A stretch of 62,996 nt of DNA, filler included, from Olpidium bornovanus S191 (GCA_017911155.1; 30 parts of 30 records of this genome joined end to end with filler, not necessarily neighbours in it), one strand, 5' to 3'. Positions 1 to 12,286 are shown, counted from the first letter of the whole stretch. Translations and numbers: made by a program. Notes: generated from the letters alone by a model not told the origin.

Positions 1-3
1 CCC

Positions 4-45
<42 letters not shown>

Positions 46-1284
46 TCTGTGGAGCACTTTTTTTTTCAGGTTGGCGGGTTTTCGGGATTCACCGGATTGC
101 GGGATTCGATTTCCCCTGGATTCGCGGGATTCCCTTCTTTTCTTTGCTGGATTCGCGGCTGCATCATTGCCACCTAAGTGGTCGTGTTTGTGTAGCAATC
201 ATTTTTCAACACACGCAATCTGACTCGACCGCTCGGCGGTAAAAGACAAGTATCAAGCCCGCAGCAGCAGTCCTCCCCGCGGTGAATTAGTTGCAGAGCT
301 CGGAAAAAGTGCTAAAGTGTGCCGTCCTGTGAATTGATTGCGTTGGAGTATTCAGCAGCATTCTCTCTCCCTCTCTCTCTCCCTCGCTTTTTTTTTTTTT
401 TTTGTTTCCGGGATTCGGCATCAGGCATCCCTCCGACACAAATGCCCCTTCCTCCTCCCCCGCCCCCAGCCTCACGACCTCTTTCCGGTCCAACCCCGAA
501 GATTTTCTATCTCGGTTTGCGGTGCGTGCCGCCCAGACTCGACAGCTTTTGACGCGGGCACCAAAGGCATCCGGTCCACGGAACCTGCGGATAAATCAGG
601 ACGTTTCACGACCCTCAGGAGAAAATGGATGCCGCTTTCGCTTCCGCAGAACGGATCCTCGGGGCAGCCGCGGTTCGAAGTCAGCGCAGCATGTGGGACG
701 AACTTGCACGGGGCCGGCAAAAAATATTTTGGAAAAAGAAAAAGAAAGCTTTCCCGGACCGCATTCGACTGGAAAAAAAAAAAAAATAAAAAATAAAAAA
801 CAGAAAATTCCGTCCCCTCATGTGGGCCGTGTTATTTTTTCGCATGAAAAGGCTTCTCCACAGCAGCGTGCCCTTCCCTGGAAACGACAGTTCCGCTCTC
901 AAAGATTTCGCGGAAGAAGGCGACCGGCTCTCGTTCATTCTGGCCCTCTCGTCAGGACTCCTGTGGGGTGCAAAAAGATCGGAAGGTCTCGTTTCGTTTT
1001 GGTCCGCGCAGAACGTTTCTCCCGAAGGAAAAGCGGGCGGGAGGAGAGAAGTGGGTGGCGGGGAAGGTTTCCGTCCAGTCAGGAATTTGACTCCGACGCG
1101 GCACTGCTGGGAGAGGAGTGGAGGTTGGGCGGAGGGAGGGGCGGGGGGGTCGTGGTGAGAGTGCGGGGGTTCTCGCGCGGGTCCCGCTCTCTCTCGGTTT
1201 CCGCAGTCGCTTCCGACAGAAGGGAAGCCGGAAAAAAAAAAAGAACGACCGCGCAACGACGCGCCGCTCCCCTTCTCGTCGTAT

Positions 1285-2729
1285 ATGGAGGGAAACGGCG
1301 CCTCATCTTCGGCTGCGCGCCGCCCGCGGAAAAGGCAGGAGGGGATGGAGGAGGCCGTCGTCCGCGTCCGGCCGTCGTCCGTCGCCGGCTTCGCCACGTT
1401 CCGGTGCGAGAGGCGGCTCTGGAAAGAGCTGTGCGGACAAGGAGGAGGCCGGCCGACGGCCGCCGCCCGGCACGAGGCCGCCGCCCGCTGCGCCCGAGGG
1501 GTCAGGCACGAGGCCGCCGTTACGGCGGCTTTCGGCGGCAGGCTCCTAGACGCCGCCCGCCACGGCGTGAACGACCTGGGCCGGTGGACCGCGGCGCCCG
1601 CCGGGACGGTGATAGGGCATGCCAGGTTCCGGGTCCCGAACTCGTTTTACACCGCCGACATGCGCCGGGCCGGCGTCGAGGTGTCGACCTTCGTGCCGGA
1701 CTTCATCGAGGTCCGCCGGCCCGTCGCGGGTTTCGGCCCGGATTCGGGCCCGGGTTCGAGCGCGAAGGTGGCTTGGTTTGTGATCGACGCCAAGGCGTCG
1801 AGGGCCGTGCACCCGTCTCACCGGCTGCAGGTCGCGATTTACGCTCTGCTGCTCGAGAGCGTCCTGGACGAAGCGGGCGTAACGTGCGTCGCGGTGCACT
1901 CCAAGGGCGGCGTGTGGCTGCCCGGCGCGCCCGGTTTGGAAGAGTTCTGCTTGGGTTCGATAAAGCCTTCAGCCTTGCGCCTGCTGCGGCTGGACATACC
2001 GCGCTTAGTGTCAGGACCGCTGGAGGACGCCGAGTGGTTCGTTGGACCGAAGTGCGCTGGTTGCGAGAACTTGGATGAGTGCCGCCGAATTGCGCCCCGG
2101 CAGTCTGTGCTGTCGCTGGTTCCGCACATGAGCGACGCCGACCATCGGTGGATGCGGTCGCAACTGGACGATGTATCTCTCGCCGGCCGTCGTCCGCAGC
2201 TGGCGGACCTCGAGGACCTTATCGAACACCCCGCGAAACGCCCGGGCCGATCGCCGGGAGTGCATTGGCGCTCGCGGCGTCTGATGCAGTGCCGGCTCGT
2301 GAACGGGCGGGTCGAAGCGGCCGTCCTCGAATCGTACCGGCGACAGGAACCCGTCCACCTCGGCAGGCCGACGCTCGCGCTCCCGCGAAACGAGGGCTTC
2401 TCTCTGGTCCCGTGCCTGGCGGTCCACCCGGCGGACAATTCTCTGCTCTGTTGGAGTGTGCGGTTGGAGAATTCAGCCGGTGAGCCCGAGATTCCCCCGC
2501 GCAGCTACTGCAGACCGACAGAGCCGGGCGGCGGTGACGGCCCCGCCGTTTCGCTGACGGAGTCAGGTGACAGAGGGTTGAACGGCTTTGTCGAAAGCAT
2601 CCACAAGTGCATGAACCACGCCGAACGGAAGCGGGTTCCCTTGTGCGTTCTGCACTGGGACGACTCCGAGCGCCTTCTCCTGAGGGACTTCCTGCTCGGC
2701 GTCGTCCAGGGCGCGGGAAACGCAACCGG
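1285..2729 (+). CDS. Cas4/RecB/Dna2-like PD-(D/E)xK nuclease with predicted [4Fe-4S] cluster; N-terminal part, truncated at contig end
   Basis: Open, intronless frame. Motifs: RPSSV..F...C41; RG..HE; PD138-139; IDAK (D168/K170); QxxxY (LQVAIY); C257-x2-C260-x5-C266. A following LSLVP/LADL segment recalls TM0106-type RecB-family nucleases. Confidence 0.8.
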
Positions 2730-2829
2730 NNNNNNNNNNNNNNNNNNNNNNNNNNNNNNNNNNNNNNNNNNNNTTAATTAATTAANNNNNNNNNNNNNNN
2801 NNNNNNNNNNNNNNNNNNNNNNNNNNNNN
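2730..2829. other. Artificial 100-bp contig linker (N44-TTAATTAATTAA-N44), first of 29
   Basis: The same linker starts at 2730, 4822, 6983, 8956, 10409, 12187, 13589, 15045, 18987, 21334, 23771, 24919, 26545, 29022, 32120, 33576, 36372, 39954, 41329, 42692, 44329, 46575, 48310, 49758, 51940, 53400, 56868, 60261 and 61739. TTAATTAATTAA puts a stop codon in all six frames. Confidence 0.99.
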
Positions 2830-3444
2830 CATGCAGAGTGTGGGGGGAAAACACTGGGTTCTCAAAAAAATCCTCGACCCTGAAAGTTTCAAAAAAAAAA
2901 ATAGGGGGTCCGCGCGCGCGCATCGCAAAAAATCGCAAAAAAAAAAACCTCCGCGCGCAAAAAATCGCAAATAAAACAAAGATCCGCGCGCGCGTTTCGA
3001 AAAAATCGCCAAAAAAAAAACGCTTCGAGCGGCAAAAAAATCGCAAAAAAAAGGATCCGACGTTTTGCTTCTCCCCCCCGCTCCCCCTTTCTTCCTTCAG
3101 CGATAGAAAGCGCCGTTTTGGAGAGCCATTTTTCGCGTTCCATGTTACTTTGGTTCCCCGGTTTCGTTTTTCGGTGGACGTCTTTCGTTAAATCTCGCCG
3201 ACGTTATCCGGTCGCCCCCGACCGGGCGCCGTTCCCAGCGCGGCCCCGCGGTTATTTTTTTGCTGCGCAGCCGGTATCGTAGACGGGCGAGCCGAATATA
3301 TACATATGTGTGCAGCCCGGCCCGGCGCGGGCCGAAATCAACGAGAACGAGCGCTTCCGAACGCCGCTATGACGCGCCGGCGGCACGTTTCGACTCGGCC
3401 GGGACACACTTCCCCCACCCAACCTGCCGATCCCTTCCGCCGCT

Positions 3445-4462
3445 TCACGCGATGTTTGCCAGGTAGTCGCGGATTTCGGCCGGCTTCAGCTTGCGGAATT
3501 GCGGTATCGAGTCCTCTTCGAGGGGCGCCGCGGCGATCACGCCGGGTCCCCTCGTGTCGCTGATGATGCCGATCTCGATCGACGTCTCCGTCATCTGCCC
3601 CTCGAAGCCCTCCTTCAGCGTCAGTATCGCCGTGTGCACCGCGTCTTCGATCTCCATGTCGGGGCTGAACCTGAATCGAGTCCCGGAAACCGCCGCGAAG
3701 CGAGCCGCGCGTTAAAAAAAAAAAAAAAAAAAACGAGCGCCGCAGTCACGCTTTCCCGCACCGCGTCGCGCGTGCCGCCGAAAACGATTATCAACGCACC
3801 GCTTCTCCAGGAAAGTCTTCGCGTTGACCATGTTCTTCCCGATGGCCGACGCCTTCCACGCCCAGTAAGACCCGGACGGGTCGACTTGGTACAGGGCAGG
3901 GCCGTTATCGTCGTAGCCGGCGACGAGAAGAGAAACTCCGAACGGCCGGACGCCGCTGCGCGCGCGCCGGGCGAAACGTGGAAATTGCGCGAGCGAACGC
4001 GCGAGAGGAGAAAGGGAAAAAAGAAAAAAAAAAAAAACAGGGCTCGCGGTAAGCGGGATGTCGGCAAGGGGAAAGCCTCCGCGTCAGGGAATTCCCGGCT
4101 TTCGGTCACGCATAAATGCGCAAAATTGAACCGGGGGGGGGGGGTTGTTGGTCCCTTTCTTTTTCATTTCTTTGAGAGTAAGTGCTTGGCCGTCAGACCT
4201 ACGCACCCGCTCTGCGTGTATTCCTGCATCACGGCGGCGACCTCCTTGACGAGCTGGCCGACGGGGGGGGTCTCCATGTAGACCTGCTTGTAGGCCTGCA
4301 CCGCCTTCCGGGCCTTGTCAATGAGGACTCGGGCGTCCGGGCCCATCCCGGAGTACACCAGGCCGGCGTTCCTGGACACGGGCACGACCTTCTCGAGCGT
4401 GGACTCGTCGATCAGCGGGGAAGTCGTCTTCTTCTCGGTGACGATCACCACCCCGTTCGTCG
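3445..4462 (-). CDS. PRE8: 20S proteasome subunit alpha-2, 5'-truncated; exons 4207-4462, 3800-3955, 3445-3670
   Basis: [80 protein letters not shown] introns join in frame. Confidence 0.97.
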
Positions 4463-4740
4463 CTGGGGGGTGGCGGGTGGCGGGGACGCGGGGCGCAGGG
4501 CATGGCGGTGAGGCGCGAGGAGGAGCGTCAACGTGCAAACGCGCCCGCCCCGACCGACGGAGCCCAGCAAAAGTAAGAAGAAGTTTCCCAAACCGCTGCT
4601 GGGCAAACCGCCAAACCCGGGCGGCGCCTGCCCGGCGGACGGGGCTTTTCTTTTTTTTTTTTTTTTTTCTTTTTTTTTTTGAATCGTCATTCGGGCCTTT
4701 CTGGCGCCCTTCTTCCCCCCCCCCCCCCCGGCCCCCCCCG

Positions 4741-4821
<81 letters not shown>

Positions 4822-5183
4822 NNNNNNNNNNNNNNNNNNNNNNNNNNNNNNNNNNNNNNNNNNNNTTAATTAATTAANNNNNNNNNNNNNNNNNNNNNNN
4901 NNNNNNNNNNNNNNNNNNNNNGGGCAGCACCTGTAAAAAAAAAGTTTAAATAGATCCACGGAATTCCCTTCGGGGAAAAAGGATTCTAAGAGCGACATTT
5001 GGGGAGGAGGAGGGGGGAACCGAAGAGGGCGCGGGGGCCGCGCATTTGTTCCAGATCACCCACCGGCAAGCCCGGAACCTCCGCTACTAACACGCACGAC
5101 GCAGGCTCGCCGGATATCTGCTACGCAATCAACCCGCTTCACGGGCCGCCGTCGGATCCTGGGCCGGCGAGGACCGGCGGCGG

Positions 5184-6866
5184 TCACGCCGCCGCAGCGC
5201 TCTCGTTGTCTGCGGCGGTGCCGCTGAACTTCCCATGCAAACCTCTGTTCGCATTCGCTGCTGGGGCCTCCTCGGAAGTCCCGCCCGCACTTGACGAGGA
5301 CGACCAGCTGGATCTGCCGCCGCCGCCGCCGCCCGGCAAGAGTCGCAACTTGTTTCCCGCTTCCAGGTCACCCATCTCCTGCGCCGTCAAGAACCGGCCC
5401 CCTCGACCCCGCGGTCTTCTCATGGCGTGTTTGTGCCGGGATTCGTGATGGTAGGGCTGCGGAAGCGTTGGGGAAGGGGGTGTGGGAGCAAGAACCGAAG
5501 CAGGCGGATTGTCACACGGGAGTGGAGCAACTGCACGCGGAGGGCAACGTGTGTGGTCGGAAGCACGAAACGGAAAACGGCCCATATTCCAGGCAGCCTG
5601 GAGACTTTCGAGAAAAAGACGAGCCGACCAGCTGAGGCGCGGTCATGAAATCCGGGGCGACAAGGCCAAGATGCCCGCGAGACCTCGCGAACAAAGCCGG
5701 AAGGCCCGCGAGACCTCGCGACCAAGGCCCGGAGGCCCGCGGGACCTCGCGAACAAGGCCGGGAGGCCGGCGAGATCTCGTGAAAACAAGAATGACAACA
5801 CCGAAAGCGCGTGCGTCCGGCGCAATCGCCCTCCGCGGCAGCGTGCGAAGCGGAGGGCTCGCTCGCACGAACGTACGCACGAAACACACTCGCGCGCGCG
5901 CGCGCACACACACACGACCGCCGGTCGTCGGCCTGTCCGCGGGCCCCGTGCTCACCTTCCGGGACTTTTCCAGCTTGTTCAGCTCCTCGAGCTTCGCCCT
6001 CGCCGCCCTCCTCCTCAGAATCCGATGGTACTGTTTCGCGTTCACGTACAGCGGCTGCTCTTCAAGAACGAGCGTCGCCACGGCCGGCGCGTGCGTCGAC
6101 TGTACTTGGGACAAAGCCGCGGCCGCGGTAGCATCGTGCGCGACGGCGGCTGCGGTGACCTGGAAACGGACGCCGTACACGGCCGCAGGATTCACAACCG
6201 CCGCCTGTCCCAAGGAAGCGGCGGGGACGATCTGTTTCCCCGTTCCAGAGACAGTCAGCCAGTCAGCCCCTTTTGGTGCCGTGGGTAAGGCGAAGGGAGG
6301 GAGAAGGGTTCCTCTGCAAGCGGGGTCCGCTCGGTCCGTCGCCGCCCGTTCGACGCACCACTGTTCCGTACAACTGATGCGGATACGACACGAGCCCTCC
6401 TCGTGCGTATGCTTGTGTCAGGTCTGGCGGCTTGGGGGGGGGGGTGCCGGCCGCGGTCAGGAAACAAAGCCGTTGCGTCAGACGCGGCGGCGCGCCGAGA
6501 CGCGAGGCCCTCTCTCCTCGGACTCACCAGGTCCGCGGCGGCAGGCGAACAAGCGTGGGCGGCGGCGGCTTCCGCGGCGTGGGCGGCGGCGGCTTCCGCG
6601 GCGTGGGGGCAAGGCGACGTGCGGGGCGGGAGCTGGGATAGCCGGTTGCGGCTGCGGCTGCGGCTGTGGTGGTGGGGAGGGTGCGGGGGGCGGTTGCACC
6701 GGCTGCGGCCGTGGCCGAGGCCGCGGCCGTGGCTGTGGCGGGAGTGGTGGAGCAGGCTGCGGCGGCGGTCCGGGTTGTGGCTGAGGCGGCTGCGGCTGCG
6801 GCTGCGGCTGTGGCGGCGGCGATCCGCGCCGGTGATCGCGCTGCGCGGCGGGGAGGGGGAGTTCAT
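5184..6866 (-). CDS. HAP2: CCAAT-binding factor subunit HAP2/NF-YA, complete; exons 6528-6866, 5956-6231, 5184-5456 (295 aa)
   Basis: EEQPLYVNAKQYHRILRRRAARAKLE...K|PYHHESRHKHAMRRPRGRGGRFLT. Both introns are phase 0 with GTGAG donors. Confidence 0.96.
5674..5790. repeat. 31-bp minisatellite (about 3.8 copies) in HAP2 intron 2
   Basis: Units start at 5674, 5705, 5736 and 5767; consensus cccgcgagacctcgcgaacaaggccggragg. Confidence 0.9.
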
Positions 6867-7082
6867 GGCGAGATCAAAGCATTAGGACGAACGGTTACAG
6901 GAACCGCACCGCGCCTGCCCGAAGAGTTTTCGGCAGGTTCTGAACGTCGCGCGCCCACCTCCGGCAAAAGGTAAACCCGCGANNNNNNNNNNNNNNNNNN
7001 NNNNNNNNNNNNNNNNNNNNNNNNNNTTAATTAATTAANNNNNNNNNNNNNNNNNNNNNNNNNNNNNNNNNNNNNNNNNNNN

Positions 7083-7119
<37 letters not shown>

Positions 7120-7526
7120 CGGCCGCCGGGGGAGCCTTTCCGTCCTCCAGGGATCAATCTCTCACGCTCTCCGCCCTTCCGGAATAGAAGTCGGCAGGAA
7201 TAGACAGACAACGACGTCGCACGAAAAAAAAAAGCCCTGATCGCGAAAACCAAAGCTGCGCGTGATGGAAAACATCGGTCGGTACCTGGTTTGCCCCCGA
7301 CCCACCCGAATCACACAGGGGAGGGCGGGGGAAGGGTGGGGGGAGGGAGGGGGGAAAAGAGGAGGGTCACGTCTAGAGTGATGGCTTAAAGGCCAAGAAG
7401 GAAGGGGAAAAAATATCCTAATATACCCAAGAAAACCCGTGCTTCCCCCGTTGCGGAAAAGACAACCTCTCCGCTCCCCTCAGCCTCCACATTGCCATTC
7501 CGGGCGCGACAAGCACCCCGGCCGGG

Positions 7527-8753
7527 ATGCAGACTTTGACACCGCCGCCGAACACACCCTCGTCGTCCTTGTGCACGCCGGCGCCGCCTTCCGCTACCTC
7601 GAACAAACAGGTCCCCATCAGAGCGGGAGCGACGTCAAACCCAAAATCAGGTGCGAGCGGTTTTGGCGGCGGTTTTTTTTTTATTCTCTCTTTTGCTTTT
7701 TGCGTCCGGAGCCGAAAACAAAGACACTGTCGACTTCCGGTTTTTGAGGGCTTAAGGGGGGTTTTTTTCATTTATTTTTGCCCCCTTAATTCTCTTTCTT
7801 TTTCTCTTTTTTCCCCCACGTTGCCTTTTCTTTTTTCTTCTTTTTTTCTCTCTTTTTTTCTCTCTTTCTTGTTTTTCGTTTTTTTCTTTTACGTTATTTC
7901 CCCCCATTATTTGCGACCGAGAGAAGCGAAGGCGAAGATAGATTTCTCGAACCTCGATTTCCTGATCGCCGATCTCGTCGGAAATGAGTGCGACGCGGCG
8001 CGGCGGCGGCCGTCGGCGGCGTCGAGGGAGCCCGGTCCGCAATTCACTTCGCTGTCGCCGCGGCCGGCCACGTCGTCGCGACGGCCGGGTTTGCACGCGG
8101 ACCACGCTCTGGGAAGGGAGGCCAGCGCGCGCGGGGGCGGCGGGGAGGGCGCCGCCCGGCTTCATCATCCCGGCGGGGCCCCGGTGAGCGCCGGCGGCGC
8201 CGTCGGCCGGGAACACCACCCGCAGACGCCGGGCGGGCAGCTCCTCTCCGCGGGGACGGCGGCGATCGGCGGCGGCGACGACGCTCCGGGCCGGCCGCCG
8301 CCGCCGGAGCGTGAGGCAGAGGGGAAGGACGGGGAGAGGGAGGGGAAGAAGGAGGAGGCAGGGGCGGAAGAGGAAGCGGAAGCGGGCCGCCTGCGGGGCC
8401 CCGCGTTCGACCTCGACGGCGGGCCGGCTCCGGGGCCCCGGACGGCGCCGTCGGACGAGGGCGGCCTGCCGGCGATCGACGCGACGTTCCGGCTGCCGCG
8501 ACCTTCTCAGGCCCAACAGGCGGCGCCCCCGCGGCCCGACGTCCGGTGCCCAAATTGCGACCTGCCGGTGGCCGGCCTGTCCTTCACGGCCCTGAACCGG
8601 GTCTGGCACCCGGACTGCTTCGTGTGCCGCCACTGCGGCCGCCAGTTGGGATCCCTGACGTTCTTCGAGATGTCCGGCCACCCGTACTGCCTCGAGGACT
8701 ACCACCAGCTGTTCAGCCCCCGGTGCGGGCACTGCGGCGACGTGATCACGGAC
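7527..8753 (+). CDS. Paxillin-like LIM-domain protein, 3'-truncated; probable exons 7527-7650 and 7942-8753
   Basis: LIM1 CPNC...HPDCFVCRHC...YCLEDY, then the start of LIM2 (PRCGHC). LD-like motif NLDFLIADL. Donor GTGCGT at 8754. Confidence 0.88.
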
Positions 8754-9055
8754 GTGCGTGTGTTCGTGCGCGCGCGCGTTCTTTTCTGGTTTTTTTTTTT
8801 TTTTTTTTTTTCTTTTCCAGCACCCGCCCCAAGTTTCCGACGAAGTCTTTTCCGGCTCTGGCAGAGAAAATTAACAACAACAACAACAACAACAACAAAA
8901 AAACACGTCTTTTTAACCCCCCCCCCACAATCACCGCGTTTTCCCCCGCCCGCCCNNNNNNNNNNNNNNNNNNNNNNNNNNNNNNNNNNNNNNNNNNNNT
9001 TAATTAATTAANNNNNNNNNNNNNNNNNNNNNNNNNNNNNNNNNNNNNNNNNNNN

Positions 9056-9860
9056 CATGCTAACTGTCCACCCCGAATCCGAGCAACGCGTTCAGGACGT
9101 CCTGGGCACTATCGACCGGGCGGTCGAGTGGCCTATGGTGAAGGAAAAGCTACGTGCTGAGTTCAACCTTGAGGACGAGAACCGGATGACTGCTGTCCGA
9201 TTTCCGGAATGGATCTTGAGCGAAAAGACGGCGGATCTCTACGAGATTTTGCGGCTTTTTGAGAAGAAGTTTAACGAACTGGACCCTCGGAGTCCATATC
9301 TGGAGTCGCTGCCCAAAGATTGGAAAAACGTAATGTACGAACGAATGTGCTGGGATGGCAAGTTGACAGAGGACTGGCAGAAAGTGAGGGAGATCGCGAA
9401 GCGCGAGGGTGGAGCGGCAAGGGAAAAGGCTGCAGGAGCGCAATTTTTGCGAACCAACGTCAAGATAAAGACTCAACAGGCAGAAGGGCAGACCCCGCCG
9501 ATGAACGGGAACTCGATGAAGACATTGACTAAACAGATGAACCAGCTCCGGATATTTCAAGCACCGCTTGCAAAGAACCTCGAGTCGCTGCAAACCGGGC
9601 AGACGAGCGGCGGTCCCCGGATGGTGTACGCGGTGGCTGGAACGCCGCCACCACCCACTGGACCAAATTGCTTCAGGCGTGCCAGGAGCTGTGGCGATGC
9701 GGTGCCTCTGGGGTGACCAAGTTGGCCATTCGAAGCGTTTCAGCCGCGATTTAACGAATGCCATCCGACAGGGTCTGTTTATGACTACAGAGGGACGAAC
9801 AACGCGGCCGGATGGGATGGTGTTCATTCTGCCGGTGTCGGGTGACTCGCGACGACGCCC
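9056..9860 (+). mobile_element. Degenerate retroelement gag-like ORF with frameshifted zinc-knuckle remnant
   Basis: Helical gag-like ORF 9057-9716. A second frame reads RCLWGDQVGHSKRFSRDLTNAIRQG, a decayed CX2CX4HX4C. Confidence 0.6.
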
Positions 9861-10276
9861 TCGGGGGGGGGGGGGGGGGGCGGCGCCCGGGGGGGGGGGG
9901 GGGGGGGACGCACGTTGATTATCCCCCCCCCACAAAAAAAACAAAAATATAAACAAAGAGCGACCCGCTTTCGGCTGCCTTGCGGCCGCGACGCTTAAGA
10001 ACGGCGCCGGCGCGATCCTTGGGACGAGGCGGGGAGGGGAGTCGACGGAGGGTAGAGTGAAGAATAAGGGAGATGCGCTAACCCGTCCGTCGAAGGGCCC
10101 ATCGAAGGGACCAGCGGGGTACGTGCACCAGAGGTGTCGTGGGTTAGGCAGAGCAGGGGTTGAGAGTTTTTTGTCGGTCGCCGGAAGGAAGATAGGGGTG
10201 GCGCGCGGAAGGTGGCGCAGTGCCGGGTCTGCCCGAAAAAGTGGGGAGTGTGACGGCTGACCGGGGCGCTGCCACC

Positions 10277-10408
10277 CTTCCTTCCTTCCTTCCATCCATC
10301 CATCCATCCATCCATCCATCCTTCCTTCCATCCATCCATCCTTCCATCCTTCATCCTTCCTCCCTTCCTTCCTTCCTTTCATCCTTCCATCCTTCCTTCC
10401 ATCCTTCC
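10277..10408. repeat. (CATC/CTTC)n microsatellite running into the contig end
   Basis: Direct reading of the sequence. Confidence 0.95.
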
Positions 10409-10693
10409 NNNNNNNNNNNNNNNNNNNNNNNNNNNNNNNNNNNNNNNNNNNNTTAATTAATTAANNNNNNNNNNNNNNNNNNNNNNNNNNNNNNNNNNNN
10501 NNNNNNNNCATGACATCTGTAACGTGGATGAGACAAGCAATCAACAAGTGATCTCTGGGTGCCTGGGCACAAGTTTTCTGTCTCTCTGGCTCTCTCTTTT
10601 TCTCACTCCCCCTTCGCTCCCTCTCTTCTCTCTCACTTCCCGTACGTTTCAGAAAAAAAAAAAAAAACAAAAAGAAGAGGGAAAGCCCGCGCC

Positions 10694-12111
10694 ATGGACG
10701 GAAGGTACGAAGAGCCCGAAGACCAATCGAGGCGCATGTGCCAGCTGAGGCACTTCCCGCTCCCGGTTGCAGCAAGGTGCGCGCGCGCTAGAGTGAGATC
10801 ACCAAACCTTACCGCCGGGAAATCGGTGTCAAAGCTCGAAAATTCGCCCCTTGCGCAAATTTGGCGCTGGAGAGGAAAAATCAAGTCGGTCATGGCCGGT
10901 CTGAACCATCCGTCCTTGCAGGGAACGGCGGAACCGGATCTTCAGAGCAGCCCCGCAACCGGGAGGCGTCCACCTGCAGACTGTCTACAAGGCCGACTAC
11001 AGCAAAAACGCAGAGAAGTGGCTGTACGGGCTGCACAGCCGTTTTCGGGGGCGGTTGGCGGACGGGCGGGAGGTGGTGTGCGCGGTCCAGCCGAAGGTGA
11101 GGTGCTGGCCGACGAAGCTTCCGGCCGCCCGGCGGCCCGTGGTGAGCCGGGGTTCGGTGACGAGGGTGAGTACGCCCCCACTTCGGCGGCCCTTTGGCGT
11201 TGTCCGGTAGTAGCGCCCGCTAATTCGCCCAGTTCGGCGGGGGTGGTGGCCGGGAGTTCTCAAGACGACGCCCGCGGAGGGATCGTGCACGCTTGGCGCC
11301 CCGTTGCACCAGCCTGTTGCCGCAGAGGCTCAAGACGACGGCGACGAGGAATTGCGTCGTCTCATTGGCAGAGACTTCCAACCGACAGATCCGCCATGGC
11401 CCGGTATGCTCCGCTGCCAATGATCACTTTTGTCAGAACCATCGGGAACCAGCAGTTTTTTCGCCTTTCTTTGCGCATTTCCTTCTCCTCCGGCCCCCGT
11501 TTCGAGAAGCGCAAGACAGTGGGAGGGACCGGAGAGGGAACGGCGCTCCGCTAACTGCCGCCGGCCGACCAGCGCTCACGCAGAGCAAGCGCGCGTTTGA
11601 CCGGGACGCTGGCTGCGAGAAGGCCCCGAATCGTGCGCTGGAGGAGCAACCGAGGATACCGCGGTCCAGGGCGCCGGCCGTTTGCGACAAGTATGCAACG
11701 ACGTATGCGTCTAACTTCGATCCACCGTCCGCGTACGCTAGAGAACGGACCGCTGGCCGCTGGGACCACGAAAGGTACCACAAGGGAGAGCGGGAAACGA
11801 AGGGTCACGAGCACGGGTGGAACAAGTACAATATTCTCGGTGGGCCTCTCCTGCCGGGTCCTCTCGTTTTGCAATGCGAAACGAGCGCCGCGTTCCTTGC
11901 TCCCTCCTACGACGGGCTTACTCGGGTTGAGCACGTGGTCCACACAGAGCGGCCGGGCCCAACCAAGGATCCGGAGACGACCTACGCCGACCACTTTGCC
12001 CACACCCACCAGCTCGGCAAGACGATGTTCAGCCCGAGCAACCCGCCCGTCTGGAAGCGCAGGCACCATGCAATGTTCCCGCGGCCGTCGCGGGAGTTTT
12101 GGGGCCGTTGA
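10694..12111 (+). CDS. Spliced hypothetical protein; candidate axonemal microtubule-binding protein
   Basis: Frame-consistent introns at 11166-11232 (GTGAGT...GCTAAT...CAG) and 11404-11572 (GTATGC...GCTAAC...CAG). The last exon has TTYxxxF-type motifs (YATTYASNF, ETTYADHF). The first exon boundaries are uncertain. Confidence 0.5.
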
Positions 12112-12286
12112 GTTAGAAAATTTTCGCCTCTCGCGTGACGTCGGTCGCTGGCTGGACCGACGGTTTCGAGGGCTTTCATTTTGCACNNNNNNNNNNNNNN
12201 NNNNNNNNNNNNNNNNNNNNNNNNNNNNNNTTAATTAATTAANNNNNNNNNNNNNNNNNNNNNNNNNNNNNNNNNNNNNNNNNNNN

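Noticed and set aside
2774-2785. TTAATTAATTAA as a biological motif (PacI-like site or piggyBac TTAA target)
   Set aside because: It is always centred in exactly 88 Ns. It is a six-frame stop linker added in silico.
4445-4873. Poly-Pro, poly-Gly, poly-Lys and poly-Phe ORFs here and at 19031-19629, 39561-40009 and 49081-49746
   Set aside because: They are translations of long C/G/A/T homopolymers at or near contig ends, probably inflated by sequencing or assembly.
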